Program-made: the position numbers and the translations under genes
From: Octopus sinensis
Lineage: Eukaryota
Assembly: GCF_006345805.1 (NCBI RefSeq)
Contig: NC_043006.1
Location: 84,816,001 to 84,880,000 of the forward strand
Reading direction: 5' to 3'
Length of the DNA stretch: 64,000 nt
Notes under the pieces: generated by a model
Seen by the model: only the letters and a program-made list of their open reading frames with translations
Databases searched by the model: none
What the model was told of the DNA's origin: nothing
Shown: positions 63,391 to 64,000 of the stretch, piece after piece
Position numbering within the stretch: the stretch's first letter is position 1
How the letters are laid out: the number at the start of each line of letters is the position of its first letter

Positions 63391-63607
63391 TAATCCTTTC
63401 TACTGAAGGCACAAGGCCTTGAAATTTTGGGGGAGAGCACTAGTTCATTACATCGACCCCAGTGTTACATTGGCACTTAATTTATCAACCCCGAAAGGAT
63501 GAACAGCAACGTCGACCTTGGCGGAGTTTGAACTCAGAACGTTGCGGCAGACGAAATACTACTAAGCATTTCACTTGGTGTGTTAGTAATTCTGCCAGCT
63601 CACCACC
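62706..63607 (-). mobile_element. Four head-to-tail SINE family A copies separated by (AAC)/(AAT)n
   Basis: Copies ~62706-62860 (tail 2, head truncated), 62868-63098 (tail 1), 63121-63336 (tail 2), 63392-63607 (tail 2). Confidence 0.85.
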
Positions 63608-64000
63608 TGAATAATAATGATAACGATGATGATAACAGTAGTAGTAGTAGTAGTAGTAATGATAATAATAAAAATAATGGAAATTACAATATTTATAAGA
63701 AAACACAGAAAGCAAGGAAATTTTAACATTCAGATAATCTTGGGGTTTTGTTTTGGTTTGTTAGTTTTTAATTATCTCACTAATTTTATTAAATTTTTGT
63801 TTGTTTTCAATTATCTGGCCTATTTTATTAATTTCTTTTTTCTTTCTTCCTTTTTATTCTTGAAAAATCAAAATTGTTATAAATTTTCACTGATGAACCA
63901 ACATCACAAAGTTATGAGATGGAAGCACAGGAAAAATGATCACAAATCTGAGGAAGTTAAAGAATTACATAACGACATGGAGGATGTGATGTGGTGGTGA

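Noticed and set aside
1-64000. Most ORFs in the six-frame track (poly-Y/I/V/T/H/N, CVCV, IYIY)
   Set aside because: Translations of di- and trinucleotide repeats or of SINE copies; recurring peptides such as MPKVPRSGTEPGTMW come from SINE B.

Overview
Repeat-saturated, AT-rich eukaryotic non-coding DNA. The SINE repertoire resembles, from memory and unverified, that of coleoid cephalopods (Octopus). No complete protein-coding gene is supported; nearly all listed ORFs are translations of microsatellites or SINEs. Contents: (i) dozens of tRNA-derived SINE copies, locally named families A, B, D, E and G; (ii) many 5'-truncated LINE 3' ends (RTE-type with a shared 3' UTR called family C, restriction-like-endonuclease (RLE) type at AAT arrays, and L1/Tx1-type); (iii) hAT, Tc1/mariner, piggyBac-like and HINE-like MITEs; (iv) a Penelope-like element (GIY-YIG remnant) with ~0.85 kb inverted terminal repeats; (v) very abundant di- and trinucleotide repeats. 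The most interesting signal is a set of minimal, dimer-type hammerhead ribozyme motifs. Four belong to one family, two of them in an inverted dimer of a tRNA-headed element inserted as one unit with a 12-bp TSD (51323-51860). Two more, with a U3-A8 covariant core, sit at the outer ends of the Penelope inverted repeats. One CpG-rich unique segment (~42050-42350) is a weak candidate host exon encoding a signal peptide. Element boundaries are read by eye and approximate unless a motif is quoted.
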